Notes under the pieces: generated by a model
Database searches by the model: none
Told to the model about the DNA's origin: nothing
The model's input: the letters and a program-made list of their open reading frames with translations, nothing else
Position numbers and translations under genes: made by a program
Shown here: one piece after another, positions 39,150 to 52,001 of the stretch
Position numbering within the stretch: the stretch's first letter is position 1
How the letters are laid out: each line of letters begins with the position of its first letter
Source of the DNA: Lama guanicoe
Lineage: Eukaryota
Direction of reading: 5' to 3'
Assembly (NCBI GenBank): GCA_013239625.1
Contig: MU053379.1
Span: 4,705,639-4,769,638, forward strand
DNA length: 64,000 nt

Positions 39150-39515
39150 AGATTTCTGTGATCCCCAAAATTCATAGGCTGAAGCCCTGACTTATTATTA
39201 TTTTTAGTACAAAATACTTACAGGGTGACTGTATTTGGGGATGGGGCCTCTAAGGAAGTAATCAAGGTTAAACCAGGTCGGAAGGGTGGGGCCCTGATCC
39301 CATAGGATTGGTGTCCTCGGAAGGAGAGACCCCCGCGCTCTCTCCGCCACCTGCAGGCACGGCGGGAAGGCAGCCGTCCTCAGTCCAGGAAGAGCGATCT
39401 CAGCAGAAACCAGAGCCTCCAGACCTTGCCCTGGGATGTTCCAGCCTCCAAGACTGAGAGAGAGTAAGTGCTTCATGAGGCCACCACCCGGCCTGGTATT
39501 CGCTACATTTCCGGC
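39150..39515 (+). mobile_element. MLT1A/B-like MaLR solo LTR
   Basis: ccccaaaattcataggctgaagccct, gtgactgtatttggggatggggcctctaagg, gggtggggccctgatcc and ttccagcctccaagactgagaga. Confidence 0.9.
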
Positions 39516-39590
39516 AAGTCTGTGTTACGGGACCATGGCCTCTGTGGGCCCGATGCCCACAAGTCTCTCCCCACCCCGCTGCCATCCTGG

Positions 39591-39668
39591 CCCCTCCCTG
39601 CCGCTGTCCTAGCCCCTCCCCCTCGCTGTCCTGGCCCCACCCCCTCGCCGTCCTAGCCCCTCCCCCTG
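39591..39668. repeat. ~22-bp C-rich minisatellite, about 3 copies
   Basis: cgctgtcctagcccctccccct / cgctgtcctggccccaccccct / cgccgtcctagcccctccccct. Confidence 0.85.
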
Positions 39669-42499
39669 CCACCCCGGCTCTGCTGCGCGACTCCGTGGGC
39701 ACGGCCTTGGTCGCTGGGGGCCTCGGCCTTTCCACAGATGGTCGCCCCGGCTCCAGGTGGTCTCAGCCATGCTCACTGCGCCTGAGCCTCCCTCCCCTCC
39801 GTGACTCTGCCCAGGGCCGTGGTGTATTTCTCTCCAGCTCTGGGTCTCAACCCTAGGGGCTGGACCTGATTCGTCTTTCCCGGGCTGGCCCCCCCAGCCT
39901 GCGTGGTACACATCACCAGGGCCTTGGTCCAGATTTGGTACAATGGACTGTTGTCGATATTGATATGCACCGTGTTAGTAAACATTATACATAGTGTTGA
40001 GAGGATGGGAACGCCTCCTTCAAAAAAAGTAACGAGTTTAAAATCAGAAGAAAAGGAACGCGCGTGAGGCCAGCGAAGGTCCCGGGTGGGGCCGCTCCGG
40101 GAGTGGCGCTGCGAAGCCGGGAGCCCGGCGGGGCTGCTGTGTCTCCGTGCAGATCTCTTTGGGTTTCACCCATTTGCGTTAAACACAAATGTCTGGCTTC
40201 CAGAATGGACAGGGAATAAAATCTTTCCAGATTCTCCCAGACGACTTACAGCCATAAATTTTGTTGACTTTTGAACACTTCATAAAACTTAAACCTGCTG
40301 AGAAGCTGATTTGCTATTTTATCTTTTTAAAAAAGTGCTGGGTTCCCCTACAGTGCAGAGATGGGACCTCATATTTCTCCACTAACCTGCAAAACCTCTG
40401 TATGAAAAATGGGAGGTGGGGCAGTTAGCTGAATTAAGAGCCTGCTCTGACCTAGCATAGATCTTTTGGGCGCAAAGAAATTTACTTCTAGTGAAAAGTC
40501 TTCCACTTGAAGGACTGTAGGTATAAATAAATCCTGGATCTACAGATTCTATTTCTGTGAAATTCACATAAATTTAAAAGAAAGAAAACCTCCCAGATTG
40601 AAATACATCATTTCCAGGGAAGCTGTAAAGCAGCTTGAAAAATCCTGAACCAGAAAGACCCACTCGTCTTCTTGGATCCTATTTTATGCTGAAACTACAA
40701 GGGAGCAGCCTTTGCAGCAGCTCCAGTGACCAAGTGTCAGACTCCAAGAGGAAAACCAAGGTGAAATGACATCATGAGAGTTGTTCCTGTTTTACTTCTG
40801 TGTCAGAGGTAGAAACAACACTGAAGCATACAAAGCCAGCGTGGCTTCCCGCGTACTCCCGCTGTGCGGGCGCGGGGTGTCTGTGTGCCTGTGAGGACAC
40901 CTCATCTAAGGCAAAGGCCTCGAGGAGCCTGGGCGCCTGATTTGCGTGGAAGGTCACGTCTAGACCCAGAAATTAGGAGCCTCCCATCCGGTCACCCCTC
41001 CTGAGCAGCAAAGTCTGATGAGGCAGAAAAGCAAACAGGTATAAACCCCGCACTTTGTGCGCGGAGCTGAGGCTGGGACCTTTCCTGGCTTGTGTGCCAT
41101 CTCTGGTGACCTTCGTAAATGCCAGCCGAGACTGAGAGCCTGCGCTGAGACCTCAGCTGGAATAAACTGGCACGAGGCTCTGTCAGCAACTTGTGGCTCG
41201 TAACAGTGTCGACTGGAAGGAAATAACGCGCAGCTGACAGCAGAGAGCTGTGTTTTATTCGGTGGACGTTTCTGAGGACTTCAGCCCAGGATGACAGCCT
41301 CTCGGACCGCCTGAGGGGCTGCTCCAAAGTGGCAACGTACAGCCAGGATGTGTGAGGTTTTGCAGGACTAGGTAGTCAGAACCTCGAAAGGTTACCGTTA
41401 ACTAAAGAAAGCCAGTTAAGGAATTCGGTGCTTTTCTATGTGTGGGAAGGTACAAAGGCCTGGGCTCACTGAAATCAGTCCTTTCATCTGCACCTTAGCT
41501 CTCTGTGGCCAGTGTCCTGTTTTTCCACATCCTGAGTTCCCTCTGGGGGCACCGTTGGGGCGGCGGTGGGGGGGCTGCCTGCTTGTCTGCATCCTGAGTT
41601 CCCCCTCACTATCGGGGGGACGGTGGCGGCTGGTGACGTGATGGCTGCAGCATCCTGTGTTTACTGATGTGGCTGCAACATTTTTCATTCACAACAGACG
41701 TTTTATTACGGCCCCCAGCTTGGTGGGTCAGGAGTTTTGGGGGCTCAGCAGAGATTCTTCCACTCTGAGTGAAGAAGCGAGAGCACTGGGGATGCTCAGC
41801 AGGTGGACAGACTGGTCTGAGGGTCCAAGGTGATTTGTTCACGTACCTTGGTGCTCGCGTCTGGGGGGCCAAGCTCAGCTGACCCCCTTGGGGTCCCCCC
41901 GTGGCCTCTCCTGCTCTCCCCAGTGGAGCGGCTGGACTTCTTCCAGGGACACCCAGCGGGCCAGCAGACCCATGAGCCTCAGGCGTCTCACGACCTTACC
42001 ACAGGCCTCCAGGAGGGCTCCTCTGTCACGTGCGAACATCCAGCGGTTAAGCAAGTCACCGAAGCAGCCGCGGTCGGGTCTGGGAGAGGCACAGGCTCCC
42101 CTCCTCAAGGGAGAAACGGCGGAGGATCTGGCCATCGGTGACGCCGTGGTCTCATTTTCACCATCATGGGTAGCACAGTAATCCTGGATTTTAAAAAAAA
42201 CGATCGTCATTAGGGACGATCCCAGGGTGACACAGCCGTCAACATAGTCTACACTTGAGGAAATACACTGGCTGCGCCAGTCCCCGTGCCCCCGAACCGA
42301 CCACAGCCACGGCGGCGGGCATTCCTGGAATGTCGGCTGCAAGGATGGACGCCAGGGACGGAAACCCGGGACCCGCCCAGCGCCAAGTGCTTCACCTCTG
42401 CCCCTCCCTCGGGGTCGCTGACCTCCCCCTGGGTTGGAACACCGTAGGGATCTTGCAAATGCAAGGGCTGTTCTTTACACTGAACCGTGAGGCACTTGA

Positions 42500-42721
42500 A
42501 GACATGCGCTGCCTTAGTCTATCAAGGCGTCGCCAACAGCAAACTTCCTGCCGAGTCCACACCTGCTGGAGAGAGGAGGCCCTCCTCTCCAGTCCTGCTC
42601 TTCCCCCAGGCCCATCTGGGGCCCCTCTCAGCCCCCTCACCCCCCAAGGCCCCTCCCCCTAATACCACCGCATTGCGGGTCCGAGCACATGCATTTGGAG
42701 GGACATGTTCAGTCCACAGCA
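42500..42721 (-). mobile_element. MLT1A-like LTR fragment
   Basis: aaggcccctccccctaataccaccgcattg...acatgcatttggagggacatgttcagtccacagca is the reverse of the MLT1A 5' end. Confidence 0.75.
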
Positions 42722-42739
42722 GACGCCACATCTTGTTTT

Positions 42740-42832
42740 GGGTCTCGTCCCTTTTGAGAAGCCCAGAGCCCAGCACAGCATCCACCCCAGGGATGCTGAT
42801 CAGCGCGCGGTTGAATTCATGAATGAATGAAA
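42740..42832 (+). mobile_element. L2 3' end with (TGAA)n tail
   Basis: cccagagcccagcacagc...gttgaattcatgaatgaatgaa. Confidence 0.55.
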
Positions 42833-44769
42833 TCACGGCCTTTGAATTTGCATCTGTCAAAAGTAACGGCGTTTCCCGAGGGCAGCGCTGATGGCCACGT
42901 GGAAGGGGGTGCGGCAGCTGTACAGGTGCTGCACCCTGGCTCCGCCTCAGGCTGGGCATGGGCTTGGGGTGGGTGCGCCGCACTTAACGCCTGAGTGCTG
43001 GGGCGAAGACAGCGCACGGAGCTGGAGGAAGCACCCCCTTTATGGAGCACCCGCTGGCCTCTGTTATTTCCGGGGGAAACCCTGAGCTTGTCTTCAGATC
43101 AGCGGAGGATTTGGGCGGGCGGGGGCAGGGGGTCCTGGCTGCAGCAGATCCCTCCCTCCGGGGAGCTCATGCCGCAGAGCCCAGCACGCTGTCACCCACC
43201 GCTCAGCTGAACTGCCTAGACATTTTATGGCGCCCTGAGAAAATTCAATTTCATGAGTAACAAAAAGTTTGGTTTTTGCAGCCATCTATTTTGAAAATGT
43301 CAATGCTCTTCTAAAGGAAACACGAGCAGGATTTGTCTTCCCTGAAATTGAATTCTTGTTCAATAGAGAAACCTTTATTGAAACTGCAGGCTCTGTGCAA
43401 GGGCAGGCTTACGGGCCCGGGAGGGGACGAGGGCTCCCAGACGGGAGTGACGAGCCAGCCGGGGCCGGGTTTGTCGTCCTGCAACCAGCACGGAGACCAG
43501 GTAAGGCGGACGATCAGGAGTCCAGGCCCCGCCGAGACGTTCCTGCTGAGGGCTGGGTCAGTGTGGCTTGACCTTGGGGACCACGTCTCCTGGGTCTGGT
43601 GCCAGGAGCACAGGCGCCTGCTGCATCTGACTGACCTGGGGCCCCTGCGGTTTTGGTGGAGAGTCAGGGCAGGAGCAGAAGTTCCCGTCTGAAGGAGTCG
43701 GGCCCCTGGAGAGGCGCCAGTTGTCGGGGTGGTGGTGCACACAAGTCTGCCCGACCCTCTACCCCCACTCCCGGTTCGCGTTCACGGGCAACTGCTGGAC
43801 TTTCAGGCCCCTCTGGGCCAGTCGGACTCTGCCCACTCAGGTCAGGCCCGTCCACACCGATCGGAAGACACAGACACGTGTGCACCGAAGATGAGCCCTT
43901 CCCCTGGATGCAGCGGTTCATCCTGGGCTGTGGTCTCTCCCGGCCTGGGTGCGTCCTCTCTCTGCTGGACACGGTCAGCGTTGATGGCCGGCACCTAGCA
44001 GGGCAGTGAGCCAGGTGTGTCAGCATGTGGGGCTGAGGATCCACGTCTGTTATAAACTTAGGTCAAGACTAGCAATAAATTAAATGCTGACTGTGACCAA
44101 CTCACAACTAAGAAGTTGAGAACCCGGGGTGGCGGCCTCTGAGCTTCGTAAAAAAGCTGAAGATGAAGGAATGTGCTGGGCAGTCCCGGAGCCTGAGGCC
44201 TGGACGCGGTTCCGTGGTGGGAACTCTGTGCTCACTCTCCCTCCAGGGTGTGAAACACCCGGAACGTGATCCTTGTGTGTGTGTGCGTGTGCATGAGCGT
44301 GCACCTGGGTTTCAGGCTGGGACGTGGGAAGCAGCTCTTTCCCGCGGCGCGTCCTCTGACGTCCCCGACTGTAGCAGCAAGCCCCTCCAGCTTGGGATCC
44401 TCTCCAGCCCGGGGGGCGTCATGGCCTCTCGCCGTGTGCGCTGCGGGCGGGCTGTGGGTTCTGCTGGGTCAGTATGACTCGTTGCTCAGAAAATTATTGA
44501 TCTGCTCCTTGCGCTCAAAGCAAGTCATGTTGATTGCATTGTTTTATTCCTTCAGTATTTTTGGTCTTCAGTAAAATTCCATAATTTCCTCAGTAAGTCC
44601 TGTTTTTTAAAGAGATGTGTCCCTCATTGGTCTCCCCTTCTTGTTTTATTCTTTCTCCAAACTATTCCAGCCACATCTTCTTCAAGACCTTGTCAGGATC
44701 GCCAAAGACCTTCCCCTGCCCACTGCGCTTCCCACTCCTAGAACTCCTTGAACTAATTCTGTCACTCGG

Positions 44770-45210
44770 GGCCAGACTGAGCGTGCCCACCTGGAGATCT
44801 GGGTCCCTTCCAGCCCCTAAATCAGTTCCATACCCAGGCTTCTCCATTTCAGTAAAGGACGCACCAGTCACGCATTGCTCTAGCCCAAGCACAAGGAATA
44901 GTCTTCAGGCTCTCTCCCAGATCCACGCCCAACCCAGCAGTAAGACTTCTCAGCTCAACCCTGGAAACATTTCCCAGATTTGCATCTTCCTGCCACGCCC
45001 ACAGGTAACCCAAGGCCGATTCATCGTGAGCCCTTCCCTGGACACCACCGGTCACCTGTTTCCCTGCTGCAAGTCATCTGAAGTGAACTTCTAGACGTGT
45101 GAGTCTGATCACGGCTGCTTCACACCCACACCTCCACGAGCCTCGCTGTGCGTGCCCTAAAACCCCCAGCCCTCCGGGGCCCACAGGCCGGACGCTGTCC
45201 AGCTACCAGA
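44770..45210 (+). mobile_element. L2 fragment
   Basis: ttctccatttcagtaaaggacgcacc...ttgctctagcccaagcac...cccaacccagcagtaag...ctggacacc follows the L2 3' region. Confidence 0.65.
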
Positions 45211-45214
45211 GCAC

Positions 45215-45645
45215 ATCATGTTCTCCAGAAGTGGGCAGATCTACGTGCTCACCCTCTTCCCTGATGCTCTGGGTAAGACAGAGCGCACACCGGGCACCAC
45301 ACAGGTTCCTGAGACCAGACCTTAAGAAACTGGCAGCCTCCATGTCCCAGCACTTCAAACACTTGATCTTGGGGCCATGAGCTGTTGTGTAGGAAGCCCA
45401 GCTCTGCTCCTGCGGGGACCACACAGAGACCTGGACACAGGGATGGAGGGCAGCTGAGCCCAGCCTCCCAGCTGTCTGCACCAGGGTAGCAGAGGCCCAG
45501 AAGCCACCTGGACCCTGCCGGCTAGACCAGCTGTGAGCTGACCACATCAAGTAACCCTGGTCAACACCCGGTGCTGAAGAATCACCCACTGTGAGCAGAA
45601 CAGAGCAGCGGTCTTGTGTCTGCAACAGCGGCTAACAGGAACGGA
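45215..45645 (+). mobile_element. MLT1G/H-like MaLR LTR
   Basis: ccagaccttaagaaactggcagcctcca, cagctgagcccagcctcccagc, gaagaatcaccca and the terminal cagcggctaacaggaac. Confidence 0.7.
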
Positions 45646-46510
45646 GGGCGTCCGCCCTTCCTTCCACAAGGAGGACCCTGAAGTGTCCCTGCCCGCTCGT
45701 ACCGGGGGCCTGCTGCCAAGGACACCCTGGGAAGCCCTGGTAAAGGCTACTGCTTACTGCTCCTGTCTGGCAGAAGGCAGATACATCAAGAAATAATGAA
45801 ATTCACTCTCAGTTCTCAGCTTCTTTCAGCTGAGATCATCAAAGAGAAACAGGTTTCACTGCACGCGCGGCCTGAGGGCGGCGTTCTCTGGAGTCCATGC
45901 TTCACTCTTTCACAGGGTTGCATTTCACTCCCTGCTTTGTGGCACACGAGTGACTTAAGTTGGGAGAGAAGAGACGAGAGAATAATTTAAACTGAAAAGT
46001 AAAAGCTTAATAATTTGGTAGTAGATCGGTCCGTGGAGAGTGGGACTCCACAGGTAAACCTTTCATGACTGATGCAAAACCGCGATGAACCGCGTGTGCC
46101 TCCGGGGACGGGGTGTGCCGCTCCGGCAGGAAGCGGGCCCAGCGCCCGCAGCGCTGCGCGCCCTTCCACGGGGAGCACACCTCCACGACGCGCCTTCTCG
46201 TGTTTTTGGGAATGTTTTCTTTTGTTTTTACCTGCGCGTCTCTGGTGGGCGGGGGAGTGGATGTGTTACTGTATTTCTGGCATTTTTATTGTTAGAAATG
46301 TTGGATGTTATTGGAGGTGCATTAAAACAAGACCCGTCTGTAATTCTTGAACCTAGTTAAGGATTTGGTTTCCCCTCCCTGCCGTGTTTCTGTTCACCTG
46401 TATCCCTCTCCCCTTTGTAAGAATGGAAGCGTTCATGTGTTGTCTTATTCATAAACAGACAACACTGGCTTTTTCTCTGATTTTTCCATGGATGAAATGC
46501 ATATTAACTC

Positions 46511-46634
46511 GGGGGGAGGGTGGAGCTCAGTGGTAGAGTGCGTGCGTGGTGTGCACGGGGTCCTGGGTTCAGTCCCCAGTCCCTCCATTAAATAAATAAT
46601 TACATAAATAAACCTAATTACCCCCCCAAATTTT
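46511..46634 (+). mobile_element. Camelid tRNA-derived SINE, full length, with a degenerate TSD
   Basis: A box (agctcagtggtagag), B box (gggttcagtcccc) and an AT-rich tail with cctaattacccc. Flanks aaatgcatattaactc and aaatgcatatatattc match 13/16. Confidence 0.92.
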
Positions 46635-47859
46635 AAATGCATATATATTCCACTTTGCCAGAATAACTCAGGGGGATAACTTGTTCCAAGGTGGCACATG
46701 TCAGCAGAGCCCAGGCTGCCCCGGTGAACACGCACAAGCCGGGCACAGGGGCCGTCCAGGCGTGTGCTCGACGTCGTGTCGAAGGCATAGATTTGCATGA
46801 AATCTGACCCTGCTGTTAAAGGGCTGTGCGTCAGGGGGAAACAGGCTATAGTAAGATTTTATCCTTAGCTGAGCGTGGTAAAGCCTGAGCAGATGTGGCT
46901 CAGTTGGCCCTTGATAGAAATAAACTTCGGTCAAAGAGCTGACGGGGACGTGAGCCAGTGTCAGAGATCTGCCATCAGAAACCTCAGCCCCCCCACGAGC
47001 TTCCTCCCTGAGTCCTCCCAGTGGAAGTGGAGGAAGTGAAGCAGATGAGAACTTCCTGTCCCGAGAGAGGGTGGGAGGACTGACGTGACGGGGACGGCGG
47101 CAGCCCCCCCAAGCACTCGGCACTGCAAGTGCCCCCTCTCACAGTCTCCCCTCGACGGCCCTAGTGTGAGTGTGACAGCACGCCTGCTCCCCGCTCAGAT
47201 GCTGACGGCCGATTGCGGTGCATTCGCGTTTGGTGCCTTCGGTGTTCTCTGTTCTCAGCCTCCTTAACCACTGTTTAATTAACGATTTCGCTGATGTGTT
47301 GGACTGTCCTCGTGTCTGGCATGTGTCTGTGAGGGACCTGACGGGGCCAGCGGCCCAGCTTCGCCTCTGCCCTGCCCCCTCCCAGGCACCTGACACCAGG
47401 TGCCCTTCCGGCTGGGCACCCCCCGGCCCCCCAACAGCCCCACCCAGCCCCCCAACATCCCCTGCCCCCGTCTCCCTTCAAACCAAACCCCATCTCTCCA
47501 GGGCCCCTCAGGTCACAGGGAGGGTGTTGGGGACCCAGACCGCACGAGGCTTGGGTTGCTCTGACTGGTGGCTTAAATGCTGAGGCCCATGTGGCGGGGG
47601 CGGGGCACGAAGACTCAGGTGTCCCTCAGCAGACACTTGTACTTGTTCATCCTTAATCCAAAGCGGGGGTGAAGTGCTCTTCAGCCCTGACACCAAATCA
47701 GATGCAGCCAGGAGACGCTGCGGCACCACCCCATGAGCACGGCCACCGCGCTCCTGGCATTGGTCCCCAGCACGGCCTCTGAAGTGCACTGAGCTCTGGT
47801 CTAAGGACTTCCCATGTGAAGGAACTTAGTCTCCCCAAAACGAATGTATGAGGCGGGCA

Positions 47860-47985
47860 CAGTCATCGTCCCCACGTTACAGGCAGGGAAACAGGGGCAC
47901 AAGCCACGCGATTTGCCCAAGACGTGTAGGTGGTTTGTAGCAGAGGCAGGTTTTGAAGCGAAGCTGTCCCAGCCGCAGTTAGGGC
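47860..47985 (-). mobile_element. MIR fragment
   Basis: cccacgttacaggcagggaaacaggggcac...atttgcccaagac...gtagcagaggcaggttttgaa. Confidence 0.75.
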
Positions 47986-49334
47986 GTCTGTGACCGGTGT
48001 CGGAGAATCCATGCCATGTCCTCGTCGGAGCCGCCGCGTGCGTCAAGCGCCTGCTGTGTGTCTGAGGCCCAGCGACGGGGGTGGAAGCGTACAGCACGGC
48101 CCTGCCCTGCCCTGTTCACAGGAACTTCCATTCTTACTAGGAATTAAGGGCTTGCGTGGATTAGTGAATTCCTCAGGTGTGTTTAAAATCTGATGGTGTG
48201 AGGACGTGACTGCTCGCTGCCAGGTCAGGTTAGCAGCGGCAGCGTGGTGGGCGACGGGGCTCTCGACAGTGAGAGGAAGTTTTCTCAACAGAATACAACT
48301 TCTTAATCCCAGTTACAGTCTGGTGGAGACCCCAACAAGCAACTCTGATGTGAAAAAATCTTGTATTTTGAACCACAAACCTTGAAATATTACTCGGGAA
48401 GTAATGACAATTTGGGGTCCCAAGCGCACCCCAAGATTGAATTTTGGGGTTTGTTGCAGGATCCTCTGGCCTAGAAGCCTCTGCAGAAAATCACTGTGGC
48501 GAAGGAAGTGATCATTAATGGCTGTGCTCATTCTGCCCCAAACGCACCTTTTCCTGAGGCGCCTCGTGTCTCCAACGTCGGGCTTTCCCACGCGCCCCCA
48601 CCTCCTGGCACAGCCAAGTCAACACACGTCTTTCTGGTTTTCAGCACCAGCTGAGTAAATGAAACATCCCCACGGGGCCCCTGAAGTTGTGCGTCCTGCA
48701 CGTGAAGGAGGAGCGGCCTGGACCAGAGCCCGCTGCCCAGACGTCCCGAGGGCAAGGGCAGGTGGCCGCAAAGAAGGAGGCAGTTTTTGCTGTCATCTTA
48801 AAAACGAATCATCACCGCTGTGGCCGCGCTGTGGACAAGCGTTCCCTCCCGCAATCCCGTGTTTGTGAATAGGACCTGGAAGTTCTAAATTGTCGCTGAT
48901 TATTTGATTATCTCAGCTTGGAGCCGGCTGCGTAACGACTTCCCAGTAGGGTGCTGAGCTGCTAGTTCACAAACTCCTTCTGAACAAGCTTTTCAGGAAA
49001 TTTGTAACAAATCCATTAAATTAAAATGGATCTGTGCTATATTGAGAGGTAACTGAACCATATGGGGCCCGTACAAGTGATGCTCCTTTATTTCTTCCTC
49101 CAACCCAAAGAAGATCCCACGGACGCCTCTTCAGTGAGCGAGGCAAGCCCGACTCTTTCACCGTCAGGGCTGCTACGACTGGCACAGGGGGAAGTCAGAT
49201 CTCTCACAGGATACGTTTGGAACGCCCTGTTTAATCAGATATCTGTCTAGTCATGGTCTAACTTTGCAGTGAGCTGGAAATCCTTCGCACGTGTAGACGC
49301 GTTTCTGAGTTGGGGTTCTCACTCTGAAGAAGCG

Positions 49335-49625
49335 CAGTCGCAACTCTGGCTGCACTTCAGAACCGCCTGGGGGCTCTGAGAAACCCAGACGCCCGGGCCA
49401 CACTCCAGGCCAGCTCGGTCAGAACGTCTAGCAGGGGACCCAGGCATCAGCGTTTCCTTTAAAGCCCCGTGAGGGCTTCCCCTGTGCTGCCCAGGGCAGT
49501 GGTTTTCAGCCCTGTGCATGCGGGAGCCTCAAGGGAGGGCACAGTGGAGAAGACGGCTGTCCCTGCTCCCACCCCCAGGACCCCGTCTGTTGGGCTGGTT
49601 TGGGGCTGAGCATTCACTGTTGGCC
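49335..49625. mobile_element. MER5-like hAT-Charlie elements, two adjacent degraded copies
   Basis: ctggctgcacttcagaaccgcctgggg...gcccgggccacactccag...cccaggcatcag, then cagtggttttcagccct...cccacccccagga. Confidence 0.7.
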
Positions 49626-51833
49626 TGGGAGTCACACTCTCCAGAGGCAGGACTGCAGGCCTGTTCAGAAAACCCGAGTCCAAGTCCCAGTAAATCAGGA
49701 CATCTAAGTCTCATTTTCAACATCCGCAGAATGGGCACAGCAGTGAGTCCTGCCCACAGTCCTGAGAGAATCCAGTAGGACTTCTGCGCACAACCTTGGT
49801 AAAACTTCAGGTCTGCCGTATTTGGGGTCTTGCAACTGACAATGAACAGAAACTCTTAAAGGATAATTTCCAAAAAGGTAACATCGTGACCTGAATGCAA
49901 ATGTAAACATGCATTTTTATTGACTTCATTATTAATAAGATACAAAAACAGGTTGAAAGTAGCATCTAAGAGCAGGAACGTGATCGGCCATCAGGATGCT
50001 GACATGAGCTCCCTCAGAGAAGAAAAACCGAGTACTATTTTAGGCAGTAAAATGTAATGTTTGGAAAAAAACAGAATGTCGGGCTAATCCTCTCTTCAGG
50101 CTGGAGATCAAGTCCATCTCCACGGAGGAAAGGAACTTGCATTGCTCTGAAGGGCACACACCTGCATCACGGTGGACACAAAGCACCCGCCTCACCGCCT
50201 GTCGTCCACAAGCCCGCCTCTGTCTGCCGGAACAGCAGGCCAGCAGGGACGGGGCCAGCGTGGAGTCGGACGCGCCTGCGGGCGGGCCCACACCGCCAGG
50301 GCCCCAGCGCAGGCCCTCGTGCACGGCAGCCCGCGCGAGGCCATCGGGAAAGGCCTGCAGACGGCTCCCGCCTGACGCCCCAGCACGTGGGCTCTTCCCT
50401 CCGACTTCTTCTGCCTGGGCGCCCCCGGGGGCCCAGCCGCTGGGCGCCAGTCCCATCCACTAGACAGTGCCTCCTTGGATCCCACTGGTAGGGTTATTTG
50501 TGCAAAATGGAAAACAATCAGCCATCTGAGGAAACCTAGAGCAAGCAGCACTTTCTTAAGTGGCTCCACACACATGCTCAAAACCTCTGACGGAAACGCG
50601 AGAGGAGGGACTGGAAAAGGAGGTGGAATCACGTAACACCGCTGCTCGTCACGGTAAAGGTGCTTTTTTGGCAGGCAGCTGTATACCTATCAGAGTATTT
50701 TCTAAAATAACTTAAAACCGTGAGAATCTAGGAAATCCGGAGACACTCGCCCACGCGTATCTGCAAATTCCTTTGGTGATGTCCAGCCCCAAGGCCCCGC
50801 TAACTGCGACTTCAACACAATTTATGGTTCCAGTCAAGGGCCTGATTGCATTTACTTTGCTGGTGACAGACTCAATTCATTTCCCCCAGGAAAAATGATG
50901 CATTAGCCATCAGGCTCCTGGTCCAGGGACGACACGTCTTCCCAGAGCCCTAGCTCTGCACCTGGGGCCCGGCCTGGGCTCCTGAGATGTCATCAGCAGC
51001 TGGTCAGGCGCCGGCTCGCCTGCGCGGAGGCCAGGGTGGTGCCCTCTGACCTGCCATCCCGGGGAACCGGCAGGACGTCTCTGTCAGCTGCAAAGCAGGT
51101 GCCTGATGAAGGAAGCCAGACAAGCATGGGAGGCCTGGCTTGTGGAACGGCCGGTTTCGGCAGGCTGGCGCACCGCTCACTGGGAGGACCGACGGGCTTG
51201 GACAGCGCGCGCGGGTCCAAGCCGGGAGGTGCGTGCAGACCGGCCGCCGTCCACCCTTGTCAGAGCTGGTCCTCACGGGAGCGCCCCCTCGGCCTCCCCC
51301 AGAGCATGTCAGCCCCGCACACGGCCACCTTGAAACCCACCCTCTGCAGACATCAGGTGAACCGGGTGTGGGAGCCTGTGCGCCGCGGGCCCGGGTGCTG
51401 CGGCTGCTGCTCTATCCGTGTCGGCGGCCGGTTTGGCCAGGGTGCTTGTGTGAGACGGAGTGGACGTCTGGAATTTGTATGTTTTCTGGAGACAGAAAAG
51501 GAAAGCGCATGAGCAGAATCTGCCCAGCTGGCCACACATTTGGGGACCAAGTCCTCCCCTGACCAAGAGGGGCCTGTGGATTCTCGGGCGAGGGCTGATC
51601 AGGCAGGTAAAGACACACGTCAGTGTCCAGAGCAGCCCACCCTCCCTGGGCTCCTCCCCGAGAGCTGGCTGCGAGGGGAGCCCGCGTGTGCGGAGCCGGG
51701 CCCGCGGCCGGGAAGACAAGCTGCGGCAGAAGCCCTGAGGGAAGGTCAGCAGTGGCCTGTGCGGCCTGTGCTCTGCCTGACTTTGCCACCTTGGGTCCCG
51801 GCGGTGGGTGCTTCCTTCTTTCGGAGACAAGTC

Positions 51834-52001
51834 TTTTTTTTTTAAATCAAAGCTACTTAGCTTTGTCTTTATTTGGGGGTTTTTTTGGGGGGGGGTGTAG
51901 GTAATTAGGTTTATTTATTTATTTCAATGGAGGGACTGGGGATTGAACCCAGGACCTTGTGCATGCTAAGCACGCGCTCCACCACTGAGCTCCCCTCCTC
52001 C
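51834..52001 (-). mobile_element. Camelid tRNA-derived SINE
   Basis: ggtaattaggtttatttatttatttcaatggagggactggggattgaacccaggaccttgtgcatgctaagcacgcgctccaccactgagct. Confidence 0.92.

Noticed and set aside
43282-43500. Plus-strand 219-nt open exon candidate with good splice sites (tttttgcag| ... CAG|GTAAGG)
   Set aside because: I found no partner exons, and its middle (ttcaatagagaaacctttattgaaactgcaggctctgtgcaagg) looks like an antisense L2 tail. It is probably a pseudo-exon, and it shows such units arise by chance here.
46511-46590. tRNA gene
   Set aside because: The A/B boxes belong to a SINE with an AT-rich tail and TSD, and there is no intact cloverleaf.
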